From assembly GCA_963789155.1 (NCBI GenBank), contig CAWBJN010000019.1:70199-134198 (forward strand): 64,000 nucleotides of DNA, written 5' to 3'. Under the pieces are notes generated by a model. It saw only the letters and a list, made by a program, of their open reading frames with translations, was not told where the DNA came from and made no database searches. The stretch is from an uncultured Alphaproteobacteria bacterium. GTDB lineage: Bacteria; Pseudomonadota; Alphaproteobacteria; Sphingomonadales; Sphingomonadaceae. Below, piece by piece: positions 1-8,392 of this stretch (within the stretch, counting starts at the first letter, position 1; the number at the start of each line of letters is the position of its first letter). Position numbers and translations under genes: made by a program.

Positions 1-1
1 G

Positions 2-1729
2 CGTGAAGTGTTTGTGGCAAACCGGGCTGAAGACGTTGCAGGCATGTTGGAGGCTGCTGACCATGCGCGGGCATCGGGCGGCGAACTGGCTGGATATATT
101 GCATATGAAGCCGGGCTCGCTCTGGAGCAAAAACTGGCACCGCTCGCCAATGCGCGCAGCGGAGCGATTGGCCCGCTTGTCTGGCTTGGCCTGTTCGACA
201 CGCCGGAGCGGATTGCGGCGGCGGAAGTGCCAGCTTGGCTGGCGGCGCGCGCTAAAGGAAACGCCAGTATAGGCCCGCTGGAACCGCAGCTTTCACCCGG
301 CGGATATGCGGCCGCGTTTGAAACTTTGCGCGAGGCGATCAGCGCGGGTGACATTTATCAAGCAAACCTGACCTATCCGCTCTCAGGCTCTTATCGCGGC
401 GAAGAAATCGCGCTTTATTCCGCGCTGCGCAGCGCGGCGGGCGCAGGTTATGGCGGGATGGTTTTCGACGGAACGCATTGGCTGCTCAGCTTCTCTCCTG
501 AATTGTTCTTCGCGCTCCAAGACAGTCAGGCTAAAGTCAAACCGATGAAGGGTACGCGCCCGCGAAGCGACGATCCCGCAACCGATGCTGCTCTGGCGGA
601 GGAATTGGCGACATCGGTCAAAGACAAGGCCGAAAATTTGATGATCGTCGATCTGATGCGCAACGATCTGTCGCGGGTTGCGGTGCCGGGCAGCGTCCAG
701 GTCGATGCGCCGTTTTCGGTTGAGAGCTATCCGACGGTGCACCAGATGGTTTCCAGTGTGCGAGCACAGCTTGCACCGGAAAAAGGCGCGATGGATCTGG
801 TGCGCGCGATCTTCCCCTGCGGATCCATAACAGGCGCGCCCAAAATTCGCGCAATGGAGCTGATCCAAGATGTAGAGCGCGATGCGCGCGGTGCCTATTG
901 CGGAGCCATCGGGCGAATTGGCTCGGACGGAAACGCCGCTTTCAACGTTGCAATTCGCACGCTGCGATTGACTCCGATTGAAAACGGACAAGGCAGCGCG
1001 GTTCTGGGTGTCGGCTCTGCGATTGTTGCAGATAGCGATCCGATGGAGGAACGGCGCGAATGCGAGGTCAAAGCGGGATTTGCGCGGGCGTCTTCGGCAG
1101 ATCATTCGGCGGCGCAGTTTGACCTCATCGAAACGATGGCTTTCGACCCTGAGGTTGGCATTGGCATGTTGGAACTGCATCTGACGCGCATGAAAAACAG
1201 CGCCACCGCGCTTGGTTTCGAATTTGATCGTCACGCCGCGCGCAACCGCATTCAGGCGCTGTGTTTTGAGCTGGAGGAGCCTGCGAAATTGCGTCTGCTC
1301 GCCGCGCGCAGTGGTGCGACGGCGCTAGAGACGGGACCGATGCCTGCTGCGCTGGAAATCCCTGTGGATGTCGTGGCGCTCCCCAATCCGCTTGATCCAT
1401 CCGACTGGCGGCTTGCGCATAAGACTTCGGACCGGGGCTTTTACGAAGACGCTCTAAGCGCGGCAAATGGCATGGGGGCCTCCGAAGCAATTCTTGTGCG
1501 TCATGACGGGCTCGTGACCGAGGGCAGCTTTACGAATATTTTTGTAGAGCGCGACGGTATCCTGCTGACACCGCCTGTATCATTAGGCCTGTTACCGGGT
1601 GTTTTGCGCGAATATCTGATCGAGAAAGGCCGAGCGCGCGAGGCGGAATTGACGCTAGACGACCTCGCGGAGGGTTTCCAACTTGGCAATGCTGTGCGCG
1701 GACTGTTCGCGGCGCGCATACTCGTCTAA
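2..1729 (+). CDS. pabB: Aminodeoxychorismate synthase component I fused to a class-IV aminotransferase / ADC-lyase-like domain (PabB-PabC type), 5' partial
   Basis: The frame is open to the window edge. It contains the chorismate-binding core (PCGSITGAPKIRAMELI, RGAYCGAIG). A C-terminal fold-type IV domain follows (LVTEGSFTNIFVERDG...LLPGVLR). About 30-40 N-terminal residues appear to lie outside the window. Confidence 0.85.
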   Translation, partial: REVFVANRAEDVAGMLEAADHARASGGELAGYIAYEAGLALEQKLAPLANARSGAIGPLVWLGLFDTPERIAAAEVPAWLAARAKGNASIGPLEPQLSPGGYAAAFETLREAISAGDIYQANLTYPLSGSYRGEEIALYSALRSAAGAGYGGMVFDGTHWLLSFSPELFFALQDSQAKVKPMKGTRPRSDDPATDAALAEELATSVKDKAENLMIVDLMRNDLSRVAVPGSVQVDAPFSVESYPTVHQMVSSVRAQLAPEKGAMDLVRAIFPCGSITGAPKIRAMELIQDVERDARGAYCGAIGRIGSDGNAAFNVAIRTLRLTPIENGQGSAVLGVGSAIVADSDPMEERRECEVKAGFARASSADHSAAQFDLIETMAFDPEVGIGMLELHLTRMKNSATALGFEFDRHAARNRIQALCFELEEPAKLRLLAARSGATALETGPMPAALEIPVDVVALPNPLDPSDWRLAHKTSDRGFYEDALSAANGMGASEAILVRHDGLVTEGSFTNIFVERDGILLTPPVSLGLLPGVLREYLIEKGRAREAELTLDDLAEGFQLGNAVRGLFAARILV

Positions 1730-1732
1730 GTG

Positions 1733-2579
1733 ATGGGCCAATCAAACCTCGCTCTTCATTGAGCGGCCCGGAGTAACGACAATCCAAATCCCTATCCTCT
1801 TCGAAGACGGCGAAGCGCTCGTCATCAATAAACCTGCTGGCCTGCCCGTGGACCGCCCCAAACGCGGCGGCCCGGCTCTGTTCGACCATATCGAACAGCT
1901 GAAAATGGGTTTTCAGCGCCCGCCGGTCGCGGTGCACCGTCTGGACACCGACACCAGCGGATGCCTGCTGATGGCGCGCAATCCCAAGGCTTTGAAACGG
2001 TTCAACAAGGCTTTTGAAGATCGTCTGGTGGGAAAGACCTATCTGGCGATCATTGATTTCGAACCGGCGGAAAAATCGGGTACGATTGAAATGTCGCTGT
2101 CCAAAATCAGCTCAGCGGAAAAAGGCTGGCGGATGATCGCGGCGAAGAAGGGCAAGCCTGCGGTTTCGCATTGGGAACTGCTGGAGACGATTGGAGAGGG
2201 CGACAAGAAACGCTCTCTGATCCGTTTCCGCCCCACCACCGGACGCACGCACCAATTGCGCGTTCACGCTTTGCAGGGGCTGGGCACGGCGCTGTTGGGC
2301 GATCCGATTTACGGCCCGGTGCGCGGGCAAAACAAGGGCGCGCCGCGCACGATGCTGCATGCCGAATCCATCACTGTGGCGCGCGATGGCAAAGAAACGA
2401 TTACGGCCTTCGCTCCCTTCCCCGAAGATTTCGTGCGCGCCGGGCTGACAGCACCAGAACCGCCTGCCCCGCCTCCGCCGCCCACACCACCCGCACCGCC
2501 CACACTACCGGCAGAGAAACAGACGGAGGCGCCCGCCTCCGCTGAAATTGAGGCGCCTGAGACTGGCGATGGACAATAG
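1733..2579 (+). CDS. RluA-family pseudouridine synthase with a proline-rich C-terminal tail; the start region is probably disturbed by a 1-nt indel
   Basis: Carries the HRLDTDTSGCLLMARN catalytic-Asp motif and TGRTHQLRVH. The conserved N-terminal strand ILFEDGEALVINKPAGLPV lies upstream of the first in-frame ATG (1848). That stretch (1734-1838) has no ATG, GTG or TTG. ATG 1733 sits directly after the pabB stop but in a different frame. Confidence 0.75.
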
Positions 2580-2997
2580 CCAGCTAGAAGAGATCATTGG
2601 CAGGGCGCATTCGCTCGCCGAAGAAAGTTTCCTGGCAGGGTCGGGCCCCGGCGGTCAAAACGCCAATAAGGTAGCAACCGAAGTGCTGTTGCGGGTCAAT
2701 ATTTACGCGCTGCGATTGTCCCCGCCGGTGTTTGCGCGCCTGCGCGATCTTGCCGGGTCAAAGCTGACGACCGCGGGTGACCTGCTGATCACAGCGCGCC
2801 AACACCGCACGCAAGAGGCGAATCGGAGCGATGCACGCACAAAACTTGAAGACATGCTGGAGGCCGCGCATCGCCAGCCTAAAAGACGCGCCAAGACGCG
2901 CATAAACCGCGTCGGAAAAACCCAGCGGCTCAAAGCCAAGAAGGCGCGCGGCGATGTGAAGTCCAAACGCGGCAAGGTTAGTCGTTCTGATTGGTGA
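2569..2997 (+). CDS. arfB: Alternative ribosome-rescue factor ArfB (peptidyl-tRNA hydrolase, class-I release factor domain)
   Basis: Contains the GSGPGGQNANKVATEV GGQ motif and a basic C-terminal tail (KRRAKTRINRVGKTQRLKAKKARGDVKSKRGK). ATG 2569 overlaps the RluA stop. Confidence 0.85.
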   Translation: MDNSQLEEIIGRAHSLAEESFLAGSGPGGQNANKVATEVLLRVNIYALRLSPPVFARLRDLAGSKLTTAGDLLITARQHRTQEANRSDARTKLEDMLEAAHRQPKRRAKTRINRVGKTQRLKAKKARGDVKSKRGKVSRSDW

Positions 2998-3059
2998 TCT
3001 AATAAGGCCACGAATGCTTGACTTTTCCCCGTGAATCGGGAAATGGGCGCGCTCTCCAC

Positions 3060-3090
3060 GGCGGCGTACTACGCGCCGCCTTTTCATTTT
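3060..3090 (+). terminator. Intrinsic terminator after arfB
   Basis: Stem ggcggcg (3060-3066) pairs with cgccgcc (3074-3080), followed by ttttcatttt. Confidence 0.6.
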
Positions 3091-3140
3091 CAGGTCCGCG
3101 ACCGATTCGCGCGGCCACCAGCCGATCTTAGGAAACCGCC

Positions 3141-3308
3141 ATGGCGAAGCCCGCAACCGTCAAGATCAAGCTCGTCTCGACCGAGGGTACGGGCTTTTAC
3201 TACACGACCAAAAAGAACCCGCGCAACACTACCGAAAAAATGGTGTTCAAGAAGTACGACCCGGTCGTTCGTAAGCACGTCGAGTTTAAAGAAGCCAAGA
3301 TCAAGTAA
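3141..3308 (+). CDS. rpmG: 50S ribosomal protein L33
   Basis: Hand translation gives [55 protein letters not shown] (55 aa). It is below the ORF-track size cutoff and is masked by the spurious 3031..3348 ORF in another frame. Confidence 0.95.
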   Translation: MAKPATVKIKLVSTEGTGFYYTTKKNPRNTTEKMVFKKYDPVVRKHVEFKEAKIK

Positions 3309-3316
3309 GCTTTTGG

Positions 3317-3345
3317 GCGGCGATATTTCTTTTCGCCGCTTCGCT
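3317..3345 (+). terminator. Candidate terminator after rpmG
   Basis: gcggcga (3317-3323) pairs with tcgccgc (3333-3339), followed by ttcgctt. The T tract is weak. Confidence 0.45.
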
Positions 3346-3388
3346 TAATTCATCGACAGTTCAACGCGGCGTACCTATTTGCACGTCC

Positions 3389-4069
3389 ATGAACACAATC
3401 AACCTTATCCGCCGTTCTGGCATGGCGCTTGCCGCTGCTGGAACAGTTGCGCTTGGCTTTGGCCTGTCCGCAGGTCCTTCCCCCGCAATCCTGGCTCCGG
3501 TCGCCTCCGCGCAGACCAGCTCCGCCGATCTTGATCGCGCGGTTTCGGCGTTGCGCGCTATTTCGACCATGCGCGCCAGCTTCACTCAGACGGATCGCGC
3601 CGGCAATGCCGCGCGCGGCACAATGACGTTGAAACGGCCGGGCAAAATCCGGTTCGATTATGGCAAGGATGCCGATCTGCTGGTCGTATCGAATGGCCGA
3701 TCACTTTATATGGTCGATTATGAGGTCAATCAGGTCGAACGCTGGCCGATCCGCAACTCACCACTGGGCGCGCTGCTCGATCCCGACCGTGATGTGAAGC
3801 AGTATGGCACTCTGATTCCCACGGGCAGTTCGGACGTGTTGAGCATCGACGTTCGCGATCCGAATAAGCCGGAATTTGGGCGCATGAACCTTATCTTCGT
3901 TCGCGATGCCAATTCTCCGGGTGGGTTGAAGCTAACGCATTGGGTCGCGCTTGATGCACAGAATCATCGGACCACGGTGCGCTTGACGAATCACCGCTAT
4001 GGAATCGCGGTTCCTGAAAGCACTTTTGAGTTTCGCGATCCGCGCAGATCATCTCGTCGGCCACGCTGA
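3389..4069 (+). CDS. lolA: LolA-family outer-membrane lipoprotein carrier protein
   Basis: Has a signal peptide ending ASAQT. The body is LolA-like (SALRAISTMRASFTQTD...GTMTLKRPGKIRFDY...LLVVSNGRSLYMVDYEVNQV). Confidence 0.8.
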   Translation: MNTINLIRRSGMALAAAGTVALGFGLSAGPSPAILAPVASAQTSSADLDRAVSALRAISTMRASFTQTDRAGNAARGTMTLKRPGKIRFDYGKDADLLVVSNGRSLYMVDYEVNQVERWPIRNSPLGALLDPDRDVKQYGTLIPTGSSDVLSIDVRDPNKPEFGRMNLIFVRDANSPGGLKLTHWVALDAQNHRTTVRLTNHRYGIAVPESTFEFRDPRRSSRRPR

Positions 4070-4247
4070 ACGCTTTGGCCTTCAGCAGTTGTATGAATGC
4101 GACAAAACTAGGGCGGCGTTCATATACGTGAAAGAAGAAAGCGACTATTACATATCAACGAGACGGATGAAGTTGCGGGTTTCCCCCCTGTTGCCCCAGC
4201 TTCGCAAAGTCCAACTTGTACAGAAAGCGTGACGAACGCTAATATGG

Positions 4248-4290
4248 AACCCCTGTACCACCGCCCCCGGTACAGGGGTTTTTTGTTTTG
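4248..4290 (+). terminator. Strong intrinsic terminator about 180 nt downstream of lolA
   Basis: Perfect 12-bp stem: aacccctgtacc (4248-4259) pairs with ggtacaggggtt (4269-4280), followed by ttttttgtttt. Confidence 0.75.
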
Positions 4291-4295
4291 ACTGA

Positions 4296-4370
4296 TTGCG
4301 CATCGCATCTGCGACGCGTTTTCCTCGCTCCCTCGGCTGCCTCGGGCGCGCAGTCGCCCGTGCTATCGCA
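4296..4370. repeat. GC-rich intergenic repeat, copy A (REP-like family)
   Basis: ttgcgcatcgcatctgcgacgcgttttcctcgctccctcggc...gggcgcgcagtcgcccgtgc aligns with copy B at 24620..24716. They share the opening TTGCGCA..CATC..G..GCG.TTTCCTCGCTC.C.CGGC and the core G(G/C)(G/A)GTCGCCC.TGC. Confidence 0.6.
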
Positions 4371-4400
4371 AAAGCTCCCGGGCTCCGGGGCGAAGTCTCT

Positions 4401-5834
4401 TCACTCCCAGCCGAACGCTTTTCGAATGATGTCGTAAATCACATTTTGCTCAATCACGCCGCGCGCTTCAGCTGCGCCGGGGCCCCTGGCATAAAGAGCA
4501 ACGTCTTCGCCCCCATGCGTTTCTGAATAGAGCGGGATCGCGGATTGCTGACGCGCTGTGATGCCTGTTTCAGGCATCGGGCGTTCGGCCTGATTGGCGA
4601 TAGCGCCCGGACCGTTGCCGTAACCAAGTGTGGTGTAAGGTGTGCCATCCGATGCAAGCGTAGGTTCGGCAGAAACTTCGCCGCCCTCGGCAGGCGGGAC
4701 CACCAGACCAAGAATGTCGTTCCCGCGGCGCGGGTAGCCAGAGATCGTGAAGACATGGCTGTGATCGGCGGTGACCAGAATCAGCGTTTCTGCCGGGTCA
4801 GTGTTGTCGATCGCATACTGGATCGCGCGGGCAAATTCGGCGGTTTCTTCAAGCGCCAATCCCGCTTGACCGGCATGGTGGCCGTGATCAATCCGGCCCG
4901 ATTCGACCATCAAATAGAAACCGTCAGGATCGCCCGATAGCCGTCCAATCGCCTGCCTTGTCATATCGGTCAGTGTCGGTTCGGCAGAGGTGTCCTTACG
5001 CTCTGCCATATAAGTCATGTGGCTGGGCGAAAAGAGCCCAAGGACTGGCATATCCATGGGAGCCGCTTCCAGTTCGGAATTGTTCGTCACATAGGTACCG
5101 CCGGTCCGTGTTGCCCAATCAGCCGCGAGGTTCGCATTGCCCTGCGTCCGGCGGCCCCCCAGTTCGGTCCCAAAGAACGGAGCCACACCGCCGCCAAGCG
5201 CCAAGTCCCAGTCCGCTTCTACCAATTGCGCAGCGATATCGGCGCAGCCTTGACCGCGTTCTTCGTCTGGAATGGCGGCGTCATCCTCCCAATCGCGGTC
5301 GGCGCTGCGCGAATAGACGCTGGCGGGTGTCGCATGAGTGATGCGCGCGGTGGAAACGATACCGAGCGCGAGGCCCCGTTCCTTAACCTCTTCACCCAAA
5401 AGCGGGAGCGGATTGGCCAGAGCGCTTGCGCATGAACCGCGCGCCACTCCTGGTCCCACACCCAGAACACCAATGTTGGTCTTTGACCCGGAATGCATCG
5501 CGGTCGCGGTCCCGGCGCTATCGGGCACCTGTGCGTTTACGTTGTAGGTTTTTACCAGCGCGACGTTTTCGAAATTCTCAAACGGCAGGACATATTCCTC
5601 GCCCGTATTGCCCAGCTTTTGGCCGGCATAAATACGCGCTGCGGTGATGGTGGAAATACCCATGCCATCGCCGATAAACAGGATAACGTTTTTCGCGCGC
5701 GGCTGCTGATCTTGTGGTGGGGCGCTGGTGCTCGTGTAAGTGTCACCCCCCTGAATAACGCATCCACCAAGAGGCAGAGCAACAGTAGCAAGCAGGGCGG
5801 CGGCAATGCGTTTGCCGATAAGGGGGGCAGTCAT
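4401..5834 (-). CDS. phoA: Alkaline phosphatase (PhoA family), lipoprotein
   Basis: Contains FIGDGMGISTITAARIY, the active-site region VPDSAGTATAMHSG, and VTADHSH. The lipobox is LPLGGC. ATG 5834 has a GGAGAG RBS; the ORF track starts 48 nt further upstream. Confidence 0.9.
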   Translation of the reverse strand: MTAPLIGKRIAAALLATVALPLGGCVIQGGDTYTSTSAPPQDQQPRAKNVILFIGDGMGISTITAARIYAGQKLGNTGEEYVLPFENFENVALVKTYNVNAQVPDSAGTATAMHSGSKTNIGVLGVGPGVARGSCASALANPLPLLGEEVKERGLALGIVSTARITHATPASVYSRSADRDWEDDAAIPDEERGQGCADIAAQLVEADWDLALGGGVAPFFGTELGGRRTQGNANLAADWATRTGGTYVTNNSELEAAPMDMPVLGLFSPSHMTYMAERKDTSAEPTLTDMTRQAIGRLSGDPDGFYLMVESGRIDHGHHAGQAGLALEETAEFARAIQYAIDNTDPAETLILVTADHSHVFTISGYPRRGNDILGLVVPPAEGGEVSAEPTLASDGTPYTTLGYGNGPGAIANQAERPMPETGITARQQSAIPLYSETHGGEDVALYARGPGAAEARGVIEQNVIYDIIRKAFGWE

Positions 5835-5948
5835 AACGTCTCTCCGGATGGATCTGATGCACTTGCTATCGTCTTCCGGCATGGCGTTCCATCGTGACAG
5901 TAAAGTGAAAGGTGGAAACTTTGCCCGCGCCGCTCTAAATCAGCGCGC

Positions 5949-6737
5949 ATGATCTCTGTAGCCACCTGGAACATCAACTCGGTCCGCCTGCGAATGCCGA
6001 TTGTCGAAAAATACCTGACGGAGCACGCACCGGACATTCTGTGCCTGCAAGAAATCAAGTGCGAGGAAAGCAAATTTCCCGCCGAAGCCTTCGCCGCGCT
6101 GGGATATGAGCATCAGGCGGTGCACGGGCAAAAAGGGTATCACGGCGTCGCCACGGTCAGCCGCGTGCCGATCCGCGAAGCCACCCGCCACGATTGGCAA
6201 GCCAATGCCGAAGCGCGCCATGTCGGTGTGGAAATCGTGGGCAAGGATATGTTCGTCGAGAATGTTTATGTGCCAGCGGGGGGCGATGCGCCTGACCGTG
6301 AAGTGAACCCGAAATTCGGCCAGAAGCTCGACTTTCTTGAACGCATGATCGGCTGGGCAGATGCGCTGGACAAGCCGACGTTAATCGTCGGCGATTTCAA
6401 CATCGCTCCGTTGGAAAGCGATGTGTGGAGCCACAAACAACTGCTAAAGGTCGTCAGCCACACCCCGGTCGAAGTTGAGACATTGCAACGATTTAAAGAT
6501 GCGCATGGGTGGGTGGATTTGGGCCGCAAACATATTGCCGACCCCGAACGTTACTTCAGCTGGTGGTCGTATCGTTCCCCCGACTGGCAGAAAAATGATC
6601 GCGGGCGTCGGCTCGATCACATGTGGGCGAGTGCGGACTTGGCGAAGACGTCTACCGCGCACCGCATTCTGGAAGATGCGCGCAGCTGGGAGAAACCTTC
6701 GGATCACATCCCGCTCATCACTGAGTTCGATATTTGA
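5949..6737 (+). CDS. xthA: Exodeoxyribonuclease III
   Basis: Matches the EEP nuclease family: ATWNINSVRLRMPIV...LCLQEIK...GDFNIAP...SDHIPLITEF. Confidence 0.92.
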   Translation: MISVATWNINSVRLRMPIVEKYLTEHAPDILCLQEIKCEESKFPAEAFAALGYEHQAVHGQKGYHGVATVSRVPIREATRHDWQANAEARHVGVEIVGKDMFVENVYVPAGGDAPDREVNPKFGQKLDFLERMIGWADALDKPTLIVGDFNIAPLESDVWSHKQLLKVVSHTPVEVETLQRFKDAHGWVDLGRKHIADPERYFSWWSYRSPDWQKNDRGRRLDHMWASADLAKTSTAHRILEDARSWEKPSDHIPLITEFDI

Positions 6738-7837
6738 GCCCAGCATTCCCCTCGGCATCCCCCTCGGTATCTGCGTCCAGGCGCGCGGCGCAGGCGGTGG
6801 ATGCATTGCGGCACGGCTGGCCGCTGGCATTTGATGGCGGCACCGCTGGCACAATCACGCTGCTGCCGGTCGAGACAGCGATTGCGAGCGGTGCGACAGC
6901 GCCAAAGATGCTGATTTCTGCGGCACGCGCGGCGACGCTCAAACTGACGAATCAACGCGATGCCGCCGTGCCGCACTCCCCGGTTTTGATCCGCGGCGGT
7001 GAGCCATTCGATATGAGCGCGGCTGTGCCCATTGCCGACCCCGCGCTGGACCTGAACAATCCGCTAAAGGGGCCATTCCGCTCCGAAGCGATTGCGTGGG
7101 AAGAGATAGCGCTCGCCGCGATGCAGTTTGCGCGGATCGCTGGCATTCTGCCCGCCTACATGGTCAATCCGCTTCACGCCGGCGAACCGCATGCGGTCGC
7201 GGCCTCGGACCTTGCGCATTATACCGCAGCTGGCGCCTTGCAGATCGTGACCCGTGCCCGGTTGCCGGTAAGCGCGAGCGAGGACGCTGAGATCGTCGCG
7301 TTCCGATCCAGCGCCGACACGCGCGAACATGTCGCGCTGATTATTGGCGACCAATGCGGCGATACCCCGCCACTGGTGCGCGTTCATTCAGAGTGCCTCA
7401 CAGGCGATATATTGGGTAGTCTCAAATGCGATTGCGGCCCGCAATTGGACGGGGCCTTGCAGGCGATGGCCGACCATTCCCGTCAGACCGGCGGCTGGGG
7501 TGCGCTGCTGTATCTGCGTCAGGAAGGGCGCGGGATTGGCCTGATCAACAAACTGCGCGCTTACAGATTGCAGGATCAGGGTTTCGACACCGTGGATGCT
7601 AACCAGCGGCTGGGCCTGCCCGATGAAGCGCGCGATTTCCCTGTGGCAGCGCGCATGCTCGATTTGCTGGGTGCACGGCAAATCCGGCTGATGACCAACA
7701 ATCCGGCGAAGGTCGATGCGCTGACCAAGGCAGGAATCACCGTTACGCAGCGGGTTCGGCACCAGCTCCCCGACAATCCTTACAACGCGCGTTATCTCGC
7801 CACGAAACGCGACCGATCAGGACATTTGCTCACATGA
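6734..7837 (+). CDS. ribA: GTP cyclohydrolase II with an N-terminal extension domain
   Basis: Contains VHSECLTGDILGSLKCDCGPQL and LRQEGRGIGLINKLRAYRLQDQGFDTVDAN. The TTG start overlaps the xthA stop, and the exact start is uncertain. Confidence 0.85.
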   Translation: MSPAFPSASPSVSASRRAAQAVDALRHGWPLAFDGGTAGTITLLPVETAIASGATAPKMLISAARAATLKLTNQRDAAVPHSPVLIRGGEPFDMSAAVPIADPALDLNNPLKGPFRSEAIAWEEIALAAMQFARIAGILPAYMVNPLHAGEPHAVAASDLAHYTAAGALQIVTRARLPVSASEDAEIVAFRSSADTREHVALIIGDQCGDTPPLVRVHSECLTGDILGSLKCDCGPQLDGALQAMADHSRQTGGWGALLYLRQEGRGIGLINKLRAYRLQDQGFDTVDANQRLGLPDEARDFPVAARMLDLLGARQIRLMTNNPAKVDALTKAGITVTQRVRHQLPDNPYNARYLATKRDRSGHLLT

Positions 7838-8347
7838 GAGGCCCCGCAATCCCGATCACTCTTCGCCCCGAGACGCCCGGCGATGAAAAAACCATATATA
7901 AGCTGACCAAAGCAGCTTTCGCCGACATGCCGTTTAGCGAAGGCGATGAGCAGCACCTTATTAATGGATTGCGCAAGGATGGCGATCTCACCCTATCGCT
8001 GGTGGCGGAGGACGCGACGCGGATTGTCGGCCATATCGCTTTTTCGCCCGTCGAGATTGAGGATGGAACACCCGGGTGGTTTGATCTTGGTCCAGTGTCA
8101 GTCTGGCCGGCAATTGCATCACCGAGGGATTGGCGGCGCTCTGATCAGGCGCGGTCTTGCTGACATGAAAACGTTGGGCGCGAAGGGAATCGTGCTGCTC
8201 GGCAGCCCCGATTATTATGGCCGCTTTGGATTCAAGCACGAACCGCAGCTTACCTATCCCGGGCCACCTGCCCAATATTTCCAATGCCTGTTGCTGGACG
8301 GCGAGCTGCCCTCTGGCATCGTCACCTATGCCCCAGCCTTTAGATAG
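7834..8347 (+). pseudogene. GNAT N-acetyltransferase (YhbS/COG3153-like), split by a +1 frameshift near 8105-8110
   Basis: Frame 1 gives ...LSLVAEDATRIVGHIAFSPVEIEDGTPGWFDLGPVSVWP. Frame 2 continues QLHHRGIGGALIRRGLADMKTLGAKGIVLLGSPDYYGRFGFKH. These are ORF-track fragments 7834..8163 and 7946..8347. Confidence 0.75.
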
Positions 8348-8392
8348 GGGCCTTTAGATAGGGCCCTTGCGATAGAGGCCTCTCGATAAGGC
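8337..8392. repeat. Four tandem 14-bp units filling the convergent intergenic gap
   Basis: The units are cctttagatagggg, cctttagatagggc, ccttgcgatagagg and cctctcgataaggc. The first unit contains the GNAT stop, and the array ends exactly at the stop of the minus-strand gene (8393). Confidence 0.8.

Noticed and set aside
8337-8392. The tandem 14-bp array considered as a CRISPR-like or minisatellite locus
   Set aside because: The units are contiguous with no spacers, far shorter than CRISPR repeats, only four in number and degenerate. No cas genes are in the window.
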